DNA of 64,000 nucleotides, taken from Auanema rhodensis. Lineage: Eukaryota; Animalia; Nematoda. Positions 15,475 to 28,631 of the stretch are shown in pieces; positions within the stretch are counted from its first letter, which is position 1; each line of letters begins with the position of its first letter. The DNA lies in assembly GCA_964057225.1 (NCBI GenBank), contig OZ059897.1, forward strand, positions 11,842,001 through 11,906,000. The letters are read 5' to 3'. A program made the position numbers and the translations under genes. Under the pieces are notes generated by a model. It worked only from the letters and a program-made list of their open reading frames with translations, ran no database searches and was not told where the DNA came from.

Positions 15475-16873
15475 CTAAACTTTGTTATAAGGATTTTGGT
15501 TGATGTTTGGGCTTGGCCTCCACTTAGAGCCAGAATAGAAGCCTGTGGGTGGTTGGTATGGAGGTGGAGCGTTTCTATATGTAGGAAGGGGTGGAGCCGA
15601 ATAACTGGTAGGGCGTGGAGCACTTCCATAGCGAGCTGGTGCCGGTTGTATGTGGGATGGTGGAATATTATATCCAGGAACACGAGGTGCTGAAGTGGCT
15701 GCTGTTTCTTCATATTGGACAGCATAGGGAGCTTCAGTTGTGGTGGTTGTGGTTGTAGTAGTAGTTGTAGTGGTAGTAGTTGGCTTTGGATGATCTCGTC
15801 CGGGTGTAGCATAAGCAATCATGTATCTAAAAAGGGTTAAAATGTATTAAAGATCTGTATTATACGATTACCGTCCATCAATTTCCATTTTACATATGAG
15901 ATCTCCCCAGAAATGAGCCTTAGAAGCAAAGTCTGCTATTCCTGCCAAAGTTTCGAATTGGGTTTTGAATTCCTTTTCGCATGCTTTCTGAAAGAAAAAT
16001 AAGTAGAAAAGAATGTACATTTCCATATTTTATCATTTTGCTAATTCAATGGGTTTATATTTTGAAAATAGAATATCCAGGATATATCTTCCATTATATT
16101 ATATATTATTCTTTTCAAAGTTTTAAATTCACCTGCAACACATTGGCAATTGATTGAGTATTACACTTATTGAAAGCCTTCTTTCTTTGTAACTCTTCAT
16201 ATGCTTCAGTCATAACTTCTTCTAATCGTGGATTGCAACACATAAATCCTAAAAGACATTTTATTAAAAGATAAAATTCTGCATATTCAAACCGCTTTTG
16301 TTAGTGAAGCATTGCTTAAGAGGATATTGCATATCAAGTGTAGTTGAGCTGTCATCATCCCTCCGGATTATACGGTGGCTAGAGGAGAGCAACTGAAGAC
16401 AAAATAATGTATATGAATAATATAATCTTTGAAGTGCATTTGATCGAATCAATGTGTTTTTTTGTTTTTGTGGGTGCGCATGTTTACCTGATTTTGAAAA
16501 TTTTGATCTAAAGATTTTGAAAACTCGATTACTGTTCCACCTATAAGGTAAAGATAGAAATCTTAAATGCATTAATTTTCAACTTCTTACTTTCTTTTCT
16601 GTTATATGATCTATCAGGAATTACGAAAGGTTCGCGAATAAATAAAGGATTTCCAAATAGATAAACTTTTGATACAGGTGTGTTATTTGGAGGAAATGAA
16701 TATTGCTGAAGTATTTTCACAAATAAATACAAAATATGAAGAAATAATTTTTGTCTTTAATAGAGAAAAAGACTGAAATTAGTGAATAATGCAATTACCT
16801 GAGTGTTGTCAAAGTGTTTGAACTCTGCTGCTGCAAAAGCTAAATAAGAGAGAAATAGTAGGGAAAAATACAT
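15475..16873 (-). CDS. Ground-like (grl) hedgehog-related secreted protein with Thr/Pro/Tyr-rich C-terminal tail
   Basis: Signal peptide MYFSLLFLSYLAFAAA. Ground-like domain YPLKQCFTNKSG-FMCCNPRLEEVM...CNTQSIANVLQKACEKEFKTQFE...DFASKAHFWGDLICKMEIDGRYMIAYAT, then poly-Thr. Confidence 0.88.
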
Positions 16874-18302
16874 GACTTCTAGAAGAGAAGTACGCAGAAG
16901 ACAACCTTATCTCAAGCTTAGTCTTTCAAGGAATAAAACACTTTACGGATTTTGAGAAAAATTATATATTTGGATATGGTCTAGAAGATTAAGCAGAGGC
17001 GGGACATCTTAATAGAAAACGGCATAGCCAGTTAGTTTTCGAAAAGATGACAATTTCATGGATATTAAGACCATCGGCCTGAGGTTTCTCAGGGCTAATC
17101 TCTAGACACCTTCAATTGACGGTAGACACTGAAGAAAAGAAAGAGACAGCTAGCATGATTGTATCTAGCTTTTCATAAGAATCTGTTAACTTATAAGAAA
17201 AACGACTTGTGGAATACTCGTTTAGATTCAGTGATTTGCACTTTTTTTTCCCACAAAACTTTCATATACACATTTCATTTTCATATTGGCATTGATTTTT
17301 CTATAAATGATTAAAATGAAAGTAGGCATATTTCTGTAATTAACCAGAAAAATAAAGATAAGACATCAAGACCTTTACCATTTTCTTTTCAATAAAGCAC
17401 GTGCCAAATACTAAATCATCAAAAATATATAAATGTGTCCAATTAAAGTGTATAATACATTATATTTCAAAAATATCGTTATTATAGGTATTATATGGTA
17501 CTATTTAATCCGAAAATCATTGTTTTGTGAATACATTTTTAGAAAGATATTATATAGAGCTGATAATATCAACATTCTCCTTAAAAACATTTTCGCAATT
17601 TTTTTCTTAAATCGCAACGCAAAACACGAATTAGAGAAAGGTTTTTAAGAATAAATTTCAGTTTAAGTGCATTTCTGCCTTGTACAGCTGCGGTTAATGG
17701 ACGAAACAATGTCAGGTTATTTTATGTGAAGAGAGAAAAACAAATTAAATTTTTAAACAAATTTTAAAGAAAATATAAAATATTTGAATCTGAACTTAAG
17801 GGTTCTGAAAAAAAAAGTGAATTTCTTGATAAAGATATGATCAACGCCAATAAAGTATTAATATGATTTGCAAGTTTGATATGAAATAGACTGTAGTATA
17901 AGAAATATACATAGCTAAGTATGTAGTACATCTGTAAATGTTTTGATCATTTTATTAATACAATGTATTATAGAGAGACAAGAAAAAAATTGATAATAGC
18001 AACAGATAATTAATTACGTCTTTTTCAAGTTGACTACGAATTGGAGCGGAGTGTAATATCAAAGATTAACTAGACTATATTTGAGAATTTTCATATATCA
18101 TTCACTTATGTATAAATAGTTAGATGACTCTTTATTGAATAGTTGTGTGTTATCACTTTGATAAATATCACAAGAAGAAGAAGAACAATAGTATATATCA
18201 TTCGTATTTTTATTTTTTTTATTTTATTAAACTTTTCTTTAAATTTTTGTTATAATTATGTGAATATAATTGATTCTACATGTTAACTAATTGTTTCAGT
18301 AA

Positions 18303-20299
18303 ATGACTGAACATATATTAAGTCAGTTACATCCGAATAACTTAAGATATTTGTTTTATTTGGTAACACCCAATGAAAGTATTTATAATACAATAGAAGA
18401 AGTTCCTAATTATACTGATTATGTATGTTATTTTATATAAAAATTATTGTTATTATATGATTTTAGTCTTCTTTATGGCTCTTAATTCTTGTAGTAGCTG
18501 AATTTTTCTTTTTGGATGACAGAAGATACGCGTTTAATGACACAATAACCAGCATTAATGCTGGAATATTTTCTTTGATGGTCAAGTAAGAATCTATAAT
18601 CCATGTTTTCTTCGAATTTAAAAAAATAAATAAATTTTAGATTTAGTGGTCGTTATATATCTGCAAGTATATATAAGGATCTCTATGATTATATTCATAT
18701 TATTGATTTACCTCATGATAGTGCATATACTTGGATATTATGCTTTTTCACTCAAGATTTAATGTATTATCTGGCTCATAGAGCTATACATGGTTTGTAT
18801 TTCACCTGTTTATTATTTGATTTTTGTTTTTTTTTGATTTAACAAACAAATTTTGTTTTTCTTTCACAAAAAAATTGTTACAGAAGCTGGAGTATTTTGG
18901 TCATTTCATCAAATGCATCATTCATCAGAATATTATAATTTAAGTACAGCTTTAAGACAAGGAGCAATTCAAGTATGACTATACCGTTTAATCAATATAT
19001 TCTATCATATTTACTTATATTTATAGGATTTTGGTACAGCATTCTTCGATTTATTACAATGTATTGCGATTCCTCCAAATATCTTCATTGTTCATCGTCA
19101 CTTAAATAATCTTTATCAGTTTTGGCTACATACTGAAGTATAATCATAATATTATGAAATGAAAAATTAAATTTTTGTACTCTTTCAGATGGTTCCGTAT
19201 TTGGGTCCTTTAGAATATTTTTTGAATACTCCATCATCACATCGCGTACATCATGGTCGTAACCCATATTGTATCGATCGAAATTATGGAGGAACACTAA
19301 TTATTTGGGACAGGTAATAGGATTATCATAAAATATTTTTAAAGTTTTCTTCATTTTCTACAACTTCAAAACATTTATTATTTGATTTCTTTTCTGTTTT
19401 CTTTACAATATACGTTCATATATTGTTTGTTATATTCTCTTATAATCAGGTTGTTTGGCACATATGCTCAGGAAAAAACGACTGAGGAAATAGCATATGG
19501 ACTTGTCAGTCCTGTTAATACATTCAATCAGTTTTACTGTCAAGTAACAATTCACCGTTTTAATTTTTATTTTAAGAAACACTTTACAGTTTTTTGAATT
19601 TAAAGAACTAGGATACGATAAGGCGAGACTTACAAATGAAAAAGGTTCACATATTTTCTCAACATGGATCGAAAAAGTACATTTTGAACAGAAATCGTTT
19701 TCGAACAATATTTTTTTTTTGTAGTTCAAAGCAACATTTGGTCCTCCTGGATACTTCCCTGGAGTTAAAACAAAACAATTTTTCTGGTGGAGATGTATGG
19801 TTGATAGTGAAGAAGGAATACCAGCAATTGAATATCCAATCAAAGTTTATAATCCTCCATTAACTTTTCCTATTCGGATGTATTTACTTGTTTCAATGGG
19901 AATTCTTATTTCCTATTCCTTGGAATTTAACGAGGTAAAACAGTTTAATGATGACAAACACATATTACAAGAACATGATTATGTCTATTCAGATTCGTCC
20001 TGCTCTCTCGAATTTCCAATGCTTTCTCAGTTTTATATTCCTATTGTCTTTGATGCAAATGTTTGGCTACTACTTCGACAACAGGTTTGATTACTTTGAT
20101 TTTTCTCCTTATTTCTTCAATAAATTTCAGTGATTTCGCTTTAAAATTTGATCTAGGACGTATATTAATGCTATTAGTAGTTGGAGGATATTATTATCAA
20201 AATAATCGTCTTTTAGTTTATTCAATATTATCATTTATATGTATTATATCTCTAAAATATTTTGGTTATACTAACTTTAAGAAATTGAAATGTAATTAA
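18303..20299 (+). CDS. agmo-1: Alkylglycerol monooxygenase (BH4-dependent, fatty acid hydroxylase family)
   Basis: His boxes HRAIH, WSFHQMHHSSEYYNLSTALRQ, QFWLHTE and [30 protein letters not shown]. Multi-exon; TAA ends 20299. Confidence 0.93.
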
Positions 20300-21171
20300 C
20301 CTTTAATATAATCATCAATAAAAGATTTTAATAGAATAAAAACATTGTTGTAGAATTGAATAATACAAATTATTTTATGAGTTCAGGAGATTTAATTTTT
20401 TTTTTGAAAAAAAGAGGTGAATTGAATGTTGTTTTACAGTAAAACTAGTATTTAAGCAGCCAATTGAACTTAAGAATTACTTGGTTAGAGTGGCTAAAAT
20501 TAAAAAAAAAAGAAAAAGAGAGTTAGTTTGAAATAGCTAGTTGTCTCTCGCTTTCTTTCTCTTCTTTTCGCTCTTCCAACCCCCTCTCCTACTCTCTTCT
20601 TTTCCCTTTTAACCAACACCCCCCCCCCCTTTTCCACCCTTCTACAACCATCATCAAATACATCACCATCATCAATGACATACACATACACTGATTGTTG
20701 TAAAAGAAGAGACTAAAAGACAGTTCTATCATATTATCAATCTTTCTTTAATAATAATAATAATAAATAAAATTACATGATTTTTTTCTTTTAGTCTTAA
20801 ACTTTTTCTTTTTATCTCATTATTAACATCATTACGGCTTTTGCTTGTTCCTCCTAAACAATCATATATTGAAGCTATTGCTTAGGATCTAAGAATAGCA
20901 AGCAAAGATGACGAGTTTTCACAATTCCATATCAGTCACACACGCACACACATACAGACTATGCTGTCGGATGTCTTTTCAACCTATTCCAATTTGAAAA
21001 CTTTGGATAAGACTGTGTCCATTCATACTAATTGAGCTTGCCGTTAATCTCCTCTCTCTCTGTCTTTCTATCTCTATAGTTATCGTTGAATTGTACGGTA
21101 AAATCTAATTGTTTTAGCCAAATTCGTGAATCTTTTTGAGAGAATAAGTTCGATTTCAGGCTGTACAGCCG

Positions 21172-21232
21172 TCATCACCATTATCATCACCTTCATCATC
21201 ATCATCACCATCATCATCATCACCATCTTCAT
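21172..21232. repeat. (CAT/CAC)n trinucleotide repeat, probably in the 5' UTR of the K+ channel gene
   Basis: catcaccattatcatcaccttcatcatcatcatcacc... lies between a TTTCAG acceptor at 21158 and the ATG at 21266. Confidence 0.7.
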
Positions 21233-21265
21233 CTTGCTGGCAATCATAAGCAACTCTACGTAAAT

Positions 21266-22969
21266 ATGTCTCATCCATTAATCAGAGTATGTGTTCAAAA
21301 TTTTTCAAAAAAATGAAAAGATTTTTGGAATTGTCATAATTCTTTCATTTTTTTTTGCAAAAATATTGATATATGATGATAATCGAATGATAAGATTTAT
21401 ATATATATCTATCATACATTTTGATCAAAATTTTGGATCTTTCGATGTTATTCTCAGATTGATATGAAGACATCCGTCACGAAAAAAATCATAACCGGTC
21501 TATGTATAGGAAATACTTTGAGCTTTGATCATATCTTCCTCCTTTTTCAATTTTTTCGTGTATCTCAAAACTCTGTTAACTATATACTTGCTCTATTTAT
21601 CTTTTATATTTTATTCTAGTATATTTTCAGTTATATCGGATCTTAATACCACAAGTTGTCTTAGTATCACTGTATTCAATACATCTTTATACATCTGCTC
21701 ATATATTTCGACATTTGGATGAACAATTAGCAAATGAAACATTCTATGATATTATTATATTTGAATTTGCAACTTTAGCTACAATAGGTTAGCTACATTA
21801 TATATTATAATATTATAAATATTTTAAAATATTAAGTTTTTAGGTTATGGAAATATAGCTCCACATACTGATAATGCTCGAGTTTTCTGTATTATATTCT
21901 CATTAATTGGATTACCTATATCAATCTTAATGTTAGCAAATTTTGGAAAATATTTAGGAAAAGCATTTTGGCTACTTTGCTCATGTATGAAAGTGGTATG
22001 AATTCTAAACATTAATTTCAACATATTTCCCTTATTTTTATTCTTTTTTCTTTCAGCCAGGAGCAAGTGTAAATATGTATAATGAAGTGAATATGCCATT
22101 ACCATTGATTATATTATTATTTATTATAACATTCATATTTGGATCATCATATATTCCACATACAGGCAAAAATACATTATTAGATCATTGTTATTTCAGG
22201 TAATTTTATTTTTTTATTTAAATTAATAATAAAAAAGCTTTATTTTCTTATAGCTTTATTAGTTTTTCTACAGTAGGATATGGAGATAAATATCCATCAA
22301 CATCAAGTTTATCAGAAATGTTTATAATACTATTGTTCTTAACATGGGGAATGATTCTTACAACAATTTTATTCTCACATATGAGCAAATACTTTAGAAA
22401 GGTAGAACAAATGACATTTTTTTTTCTTTTCGTTAAACGTTTTTCAAATACATAAATTTTCATTAACGACTTCATTTCCCATGTTTATGTTCATTCATGA
22501 TTCTTTCTTCAAAACTTTTTGTTCAAAAATCGCTTTATTTTATTGGAAAGTTAAATGAACATTTCACATTGAAACGAATCCTTTTTTTTCTATTTTTGTA
22601 TAATCATAAAATGCTTTTTTCAAACATTTCGCTGATATCAGCAGATTTTTGCGAAATTTTATGTACGAAAGCCGTTTAGGTTTACTATTTTGGGCGTCGT
22701 TTTACCGGAGCTAGAGATGTTCCTATTTGGATTGATGGTCAATGCATGAGAGTTAGTGATCTGATTGCTGTTGTAGCATCAGAATTTGATGTAAAATGAA
22801 TCATATTATCAATTTTAAATTTGAACCTAATCATGTTTAGGCTTCACCACGTTTAGTTCATGAAATACTCGAAGGACTTGATGACATATTAGCTATGAAA
22901 GAAGAACGAGACACTGAAAATATGATACCTTTGATTGGTGAACTTGAAGACTATGATTGCTTTGATTAA
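21266..22969 (+). CDS. Two-pore-domain (K2P/TWK) potassium channel, compact form
   Basis: P1 FATLATIGYGNIAP, M2 FCIIFSLIGLP, P2 FSTVGYGDKYP, C-terminal VYYFGRRFTGARDVPIWIDGQCMRV. TAA 22967-22969. Confidence 0.88.
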
Positions 22970-24356
22970 CTGATCTTTCTACTTTTATTATTTTTTCCTA
23001 TATCTATTTCTAGAATTTTCTCTTTCAAATCAAACATGAATAGCTTGAAGCAACTATATTTAACCATATTCGGGTATACGAAGTCACATGTAGCACATTA
23101 ATTAATTTGTGTAGCTTTAAGTTATAATATCCTTGATCTAATAAATTCTTTTTCTTTTTTTTTTTCTTCAAAGTAATAAATAAAGTTTAATCAATCATAT
23201 TTTATAATCATTTTCCAACTATAACGCCTTTTATTTGTTTTTTTGAAACTTCAATTTTCTTGTATTTCCGGCACATGAATATTCAACGTGTATGACGTTT
23301 GAGCGAAATGTCAAGTTCATTCACATTCAACATTTCTCAAAGAACGGTTGTGATCATATAGTCCTATTCCACTTGATGTATCTTTCATTTTCATCACTAA
23401 AAGATCACATATCGTTGTCAATTTTATGATTAAGACGAGAAAAGAAAGTAGATTAAGAAAAGAATAAAAAAAATAAAATGATATAAGATGTATATGATAT
23501 TCAATTAAATAACATAAAAGTTATATATTTTTTAAAAGTTATTGTTATAACTAATTAATACAATGATAAAGAAATTATAGTTTTCTATACAAAACAAGCT
23601 TTTTTTTTCTCTTCTACGACATATTTATCAGAAATGACAGTTAATTTGCTGTCATCAGTTTAATGATATTCGACAGTCTTTTATGTACACATAATCTATT
23701 GAATTTTAAAATCAATATTAATTATAAATATCTTATTCCATGAAAACAAATGTGTTTCTTATCATTATTATTACAAATAAAATTTATTTTTTTAACCTTT
23801 TAATTCCAATTAATTATTTTTTAAATTTTGTTATTATATAGAATGATATGAATAAAACAACTATTTTACCCAACAACATATATTATATTGACATATAATT
23901 AAATAGTAATAATAGATATATATTTATATATATATATATATAGTATAGTTTATATTATAAATATATTAATATAATTTATATAATATTTTAATTAAATAAA
24001 CAATAATATACTATTTAGATTACTAATCAAGTTAGATGATAGATAGATGATATATATTATTAATGATCACATGTACTTTGTTCTATGCTCTGTTAAATCG
24101 TTATATTTCCTTCATTTTTAGAACAAAATATACATTGTTATCTATCAATTAAAGATTTTTATTATATTCATATAAAATATATAATATATTTTAAATGTAA
24201 GAATATTAAAGCATTGAACTATCATCTTATCTATAGTAAAATCATTTTAATCAATTACTAATCGAATTTCTCTAGTTTTCTTTATTCACATCTACATCTT
24301 TTATTCATTTTTCTTTTAATTTGTCTATATTTTAATTTTTTTAATTTAGAAAGAAC

Positions 24357-26585
24357 ATGACATCAGTATTCAAAAGTCCATATAAGGATGTTAATGTGAG
24401 CAAAATCACATTAGACAATAAGCTTATGACAGCTATGTTACATCATATGGATGTTCATCCAAATAAGCCGGCATTGGTTAGTGATTTATCTTTTCGATTT
24501 TAATAAACAAAGACTTTAAGATTTCTGCTGAAGATCCTAATGTACGTATAACATACAAGGAGATCTATGCTTATACTCATTCAACAGCAACATTCCTTCA
24601 TCAAAGGTTTTTCTTTATTATACTTTTATAGTTTATAAAATATTTTATATTAAAGAGGATTTCGGAATGATGTTATGTGTCTTGTTCTTCCAAATTGCTT
24701 TGAATATGTTGTTGGATACTTAGCTTCAACCATGTGTGGCGGAGCTATCAGTGGAGCTAGTGCAATGTTCACAGATTGTATGTTTCAAAAAAAAATAGAT
24801 ATTGAAGTTGTTAATTTGGTTTGATAATCTTATAGTTGAATTGGAAAGACAATTTCTTGACTCTGGATGTACAGCCGTCTTAACCGATGATACTAATTTA
24901 GAAAAAGTTTTAAGAGCATCAAAGAAATGTCCATCAATAAAAGTAATTCATATACATATATTATAAATAAAATATATATTTTCCAGATTGTCATATGCAC
25001 AAAGAAGAATAAAAACTTCAAACTTCCATCTAATGTTTTTGATTATGAGAATGTTATTCTTACTCCACCAACTGCTATTCCACAAATTAATAGAAGGTTT
25101 TCTCTTACTTTGTTAAGCTTTTTCATATGAATCTTTATTTTTAGTGTTGAAGATCTTGCTATTCTACCATATTCAAGTGGTACAACTGGATCACCAAAGG
25201 GTGTTATGCTATCTCATAAGAATTTTGCTACAATGATTGACATAGTAAATGGGTAAAAACATATATTTTTTCATTTAATTAATTAAATTTTTAATGTTTT
25301 TAGTCATTTTGTTGAAACAATACTTCATCTTATCAAAGATTTTGATTGGTATAAGGAACATGTGCTTTTAATGCTTCCATTCTATCATATTTATGGATTT
25401 GGTAATTTGAATCAAGCACTTTTGAATGGTTCTACTGGTATTGTTTTCTCAAAATTTGATCCAATTCATTTCTTAGAAGCAATTCAAAACTATAAGGTAT
25501 AATTGATACTTATTTATAAAATTATTATTATAATTTAATATTTTAGGTTAAAATACTTATGATCGTACCACCTATTGTACTATTCTTAGCTAAACATCCA
25601 TTAACTAGTAAATATGATTTATCTTCTCTTCAAATAGTTATTACTGGAGCTGCTCCTTGTGGTAAAGAATTATGTGAAGAATTCTATTCAAAATATAAAA
25701 ATATTCAATTTATGGCACAAGGTAAAGTTTTAATTTGAAATTTACAAACTTGAAAACTAATAAACATTTCAGCTTATGGTATGACAGAATGTGGTATGGC
25801 ATCTCACTTGCCATTACTCAATGACAGACAGAATTATGTTACTGTAGGATATGCTGCTGCTAACTTTGAGCAAAAAGTGATTGCTTTTCAATTTTTTTGC
25901 AGAAAATTATGCTCATTCTGTTCTCTAGATTGTCGATCCTGTCACAGGAAAAACACTGAATCAAGGTGAACGTGGAGAAATTTGTGTACGTTCGCCAACT
26001 GTCATGAAAGGTTATTTGAACAGAAAAGCAGCTACAGAAGAAACAGTTGATAGAGAAGGATGGTTACATACAGGTTTAACAACAAAAATAAATTTGAAGA
26101 ATATATAATATTATTATAGGAGATATTGGATATATTGATAAGAAAGGACAAACGTTTATTGTTGATAGATTAAAAGAATTAATTAAAGTTAAAGGACTTC
26201 AAGTATGATTGTTTTTCAGAAACATAAATGAAAAATTTATTTTTCAATTTTCTTAGGTACCACCAGCAGAATTAGAAGATCTTCTGTTATCTCATCCAGC
26301 TATCAAGGATGCCGCTGTTATCGGTATTCCTGATGGTAGAACAGGTGAACGTCCGAAAGCTTTTGTGGTCCGCTCAAATGACAAGCTCACGGAGAGAGAA
26401 GTTCAGAAATTTGTTGAAAGTAAGTTAATTCAAATTTAATTTAATTTTAAAAAATAATTGATTTAGGTAAAGTATCTTCTTATAAATATTTGACTGGAGG
26501 TGTTGAATTCATTGAAGAAATTCCTAAATCAGCTGCAGGAAAAATTTTACGTCGGTTTCTCCGTGACCGTAAAGCTAAAATTTAA
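24357..26585 (+). CDS. 4-coumarate:CoA ligase/luciferase-like acyl-CoA synthetase (acs family) with C-terminal -AKI
   Basis: AMP-binding [77 protein letters not shown]; ends RKAKI*. Confidence 0.93.
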
Positions 26586-26889
26586 TTGTTTTTTCTCGTA
26601 ATTAGGTTATATTTTTTTGTATATTAACTCATCGTAATAGCAAAATTTTGAAAGAAAAAATATTAATCTTTTGATAAAATTAGAAAATAATTGACTAACA
26701 CTATGAATAAAATTTTTTCTTTTTTGAAATCAAATTTTAATAATAGTGTAAAGGGTAAAATCTCCCTTTATGTTTTCTAGTCTGTGGATCTTACTACCTT
26801 CTATATAAATATTTCCGAAACAAAAACAAATAACAACAATTGAATAAGAATAGGAAGGAATCTTTTTTCTTATTGACCATATACATATA

Positions 26890-27264
26890 CAGTGCTGTGC
26901 GAAATAGTTGGGACACTCACTGGAGTCCCTCATATACGGTATATAGGAAAAACTTGGTTATTGATCGAGCTCTGTGCTTAGAATCATTTTAAAACATTTC
27001 TAATGAATTAACTTCTTTCCTAATCTCAAATTTTGTTAAATCAAAAGGGATTATTCAAAATAGTCAAAAAACACTAAATTTCTTTATAAATTTAGAAAAT
27101 AATATTGAAATCAGTTTTAGTTATATTAACATATATTTTTACTGAATATAAACTATATGAACTCGCAAAATTTTTGAAATTAAAAAAAAATTTTTTTTTG
27201 TAGTTTGAAGGGGAATTCTGGGGCCTCTAACATAGGGGTGTGCAACCTTCATCGCACAGGACTG
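26890..27264. mobile_element. Tc1-type non-autonomous element (MITE-like, ~375 bp) with imperfect TIRs and TA flanks
   Basis: Left end TA-CAGTGCTGTGCGAAATAGTTGGGACAC; right end reverse complement TA-CAGTCCTGTGCGATGAAGGTTGCACAC. Related inverted copy at 32652-32975. Confidence 0.75.
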
Positions 27265-27351
27265 TATTTTGACACAAAATACAAAAAAATCAGAAAAAAA
27301 TATGAAAAATAGTGTTATAATTAAAATTTGAAATTAAAATTAGCACGTTTA

Positions 27352-27810
27352 TTAATATTTAGTAGAGTGGCCAAAGTTATTAATTACTGCCGGAAGCCTT
27401 CGACGAGCTTCTTCAGAAAAGTGATTTTTCTCTGAGAGTGTTTGTAAGACTCTGAGTTTCTTATCTTTGTTAGAACATGGGAATTGAGATGAACGTCGGC
27501 CAAGTTCCCTTCAAAGATGCTCAATTGAGTTCAGATCTGGAGATTGGCTAGGCCATTTCAGCACATTCAGGCGATAGTCCTCCAGAAACCTTGTCGTCGA
27601 ACGAGTAGTGTGCTTCGGGTCATTATTTTGTTGAAGAATTAACCGATTTCTTGTTCCAAATTTTGATACAGCATACGGCAGGAAGCATTCTTCTAAGATG
27701 TTTTGATAGTCTTCGGACCACATCCTGCCTTCAATACGAAAAAGAGGGCCAACTTCGGAAGCACAAAAGTAGCCCCAAACCATGGCGTTGCCGCCACCAT
27801 GCTTCAGTGA
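27352..27810 (-). pseudogene. Tc1-family (DD34E) transposase C-terminal fragment, degenerate
   Basis: KHGGGNAMVWGYF, QQNNDPKH (D->N), WPSQSPDLNSIEHL*, terminal AVINNFGHSTKY*. Contains stops and frameshifts. Confidence 0.9.
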
Positions 27811-28631
27811 TTTTTTTTCTTTTCTTCGAATTTACTAACCACACCCCCAAACAGTTGCTAAAAACATACTTTTGAGGGTTATTGATTATATCAAATCTAT
27901 TCCTTTATGCTCAAGAGGTCTACTAGTATGTGCTGAGTCTTCAGTATAAAGTACCTGAAAATAAAGGAAAAGCGTGCAAAAGATCTTATCAGACCTGTGC
28001 TGTGACAGTACCGAAGAGTATAAAGCCTATGAATATTAAAACAACGATTTCCCCCTTTCTGTATTATCCTTTATCTCTCTGTCTCTCTCACTCGTTCTCT
28101 CTCTTTTACGAATCGTCTTTCTCTATTTCTCTTTATCTTTCCTTTATATCCTTTTATCTCTTGTCTAAGATTCTTTCCATCCTTTGCACCCATATTATTA
28201 AATGCAAAGAAAGTAACCATAATACTAGTAATTATAATCTATGCTACACAATCACAGTTAGTGTTTCAACTCAGCTGAATCTTTTCTGTTTTAGTGTGTC
28301 CTCTCTCATATCCATTTTTCTAATACCAACTATATGTGAGCACCTTATCTAAAGAAAACTTGTTCGGCCAATTTAGTCTTGTTTTGGTTTTTTTTATTGT
28401 CTAGTATTATGTAACTCATAAAAGTTTTGATTATTTCTGTTCCAGCACCTAATTTTCTAGTTTGTACTTGACGGCTATCTGCATAAATCTCATAATACAA
28501 ATAATTAAATATATCTTAAGTGCATCCAGCTTACGATAATAATTAGAAGAGCATGAAGATACAAACCAGTAATCCAATTTTGTAATTTTTCTTAAATCTG
28601 TTTCCAACATTTTGCTTAAAACATACATTGA

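Noticed and set aside
21159-21265. Poly-His N-terminal extension in frame with the K2P start codon
   Set aside because: No in-frame ATG upstream (TGA at ~21137), and the nearest upstream exon has a stop in that phase. Best read as a 5' UTR microsatellite.
27930-28352. 140-aa hydrophobic ORF upstream of the chemoreceptor
   Set aside because: Low-complexity CT-rich promoter sequence with a GTG start and no family motif.
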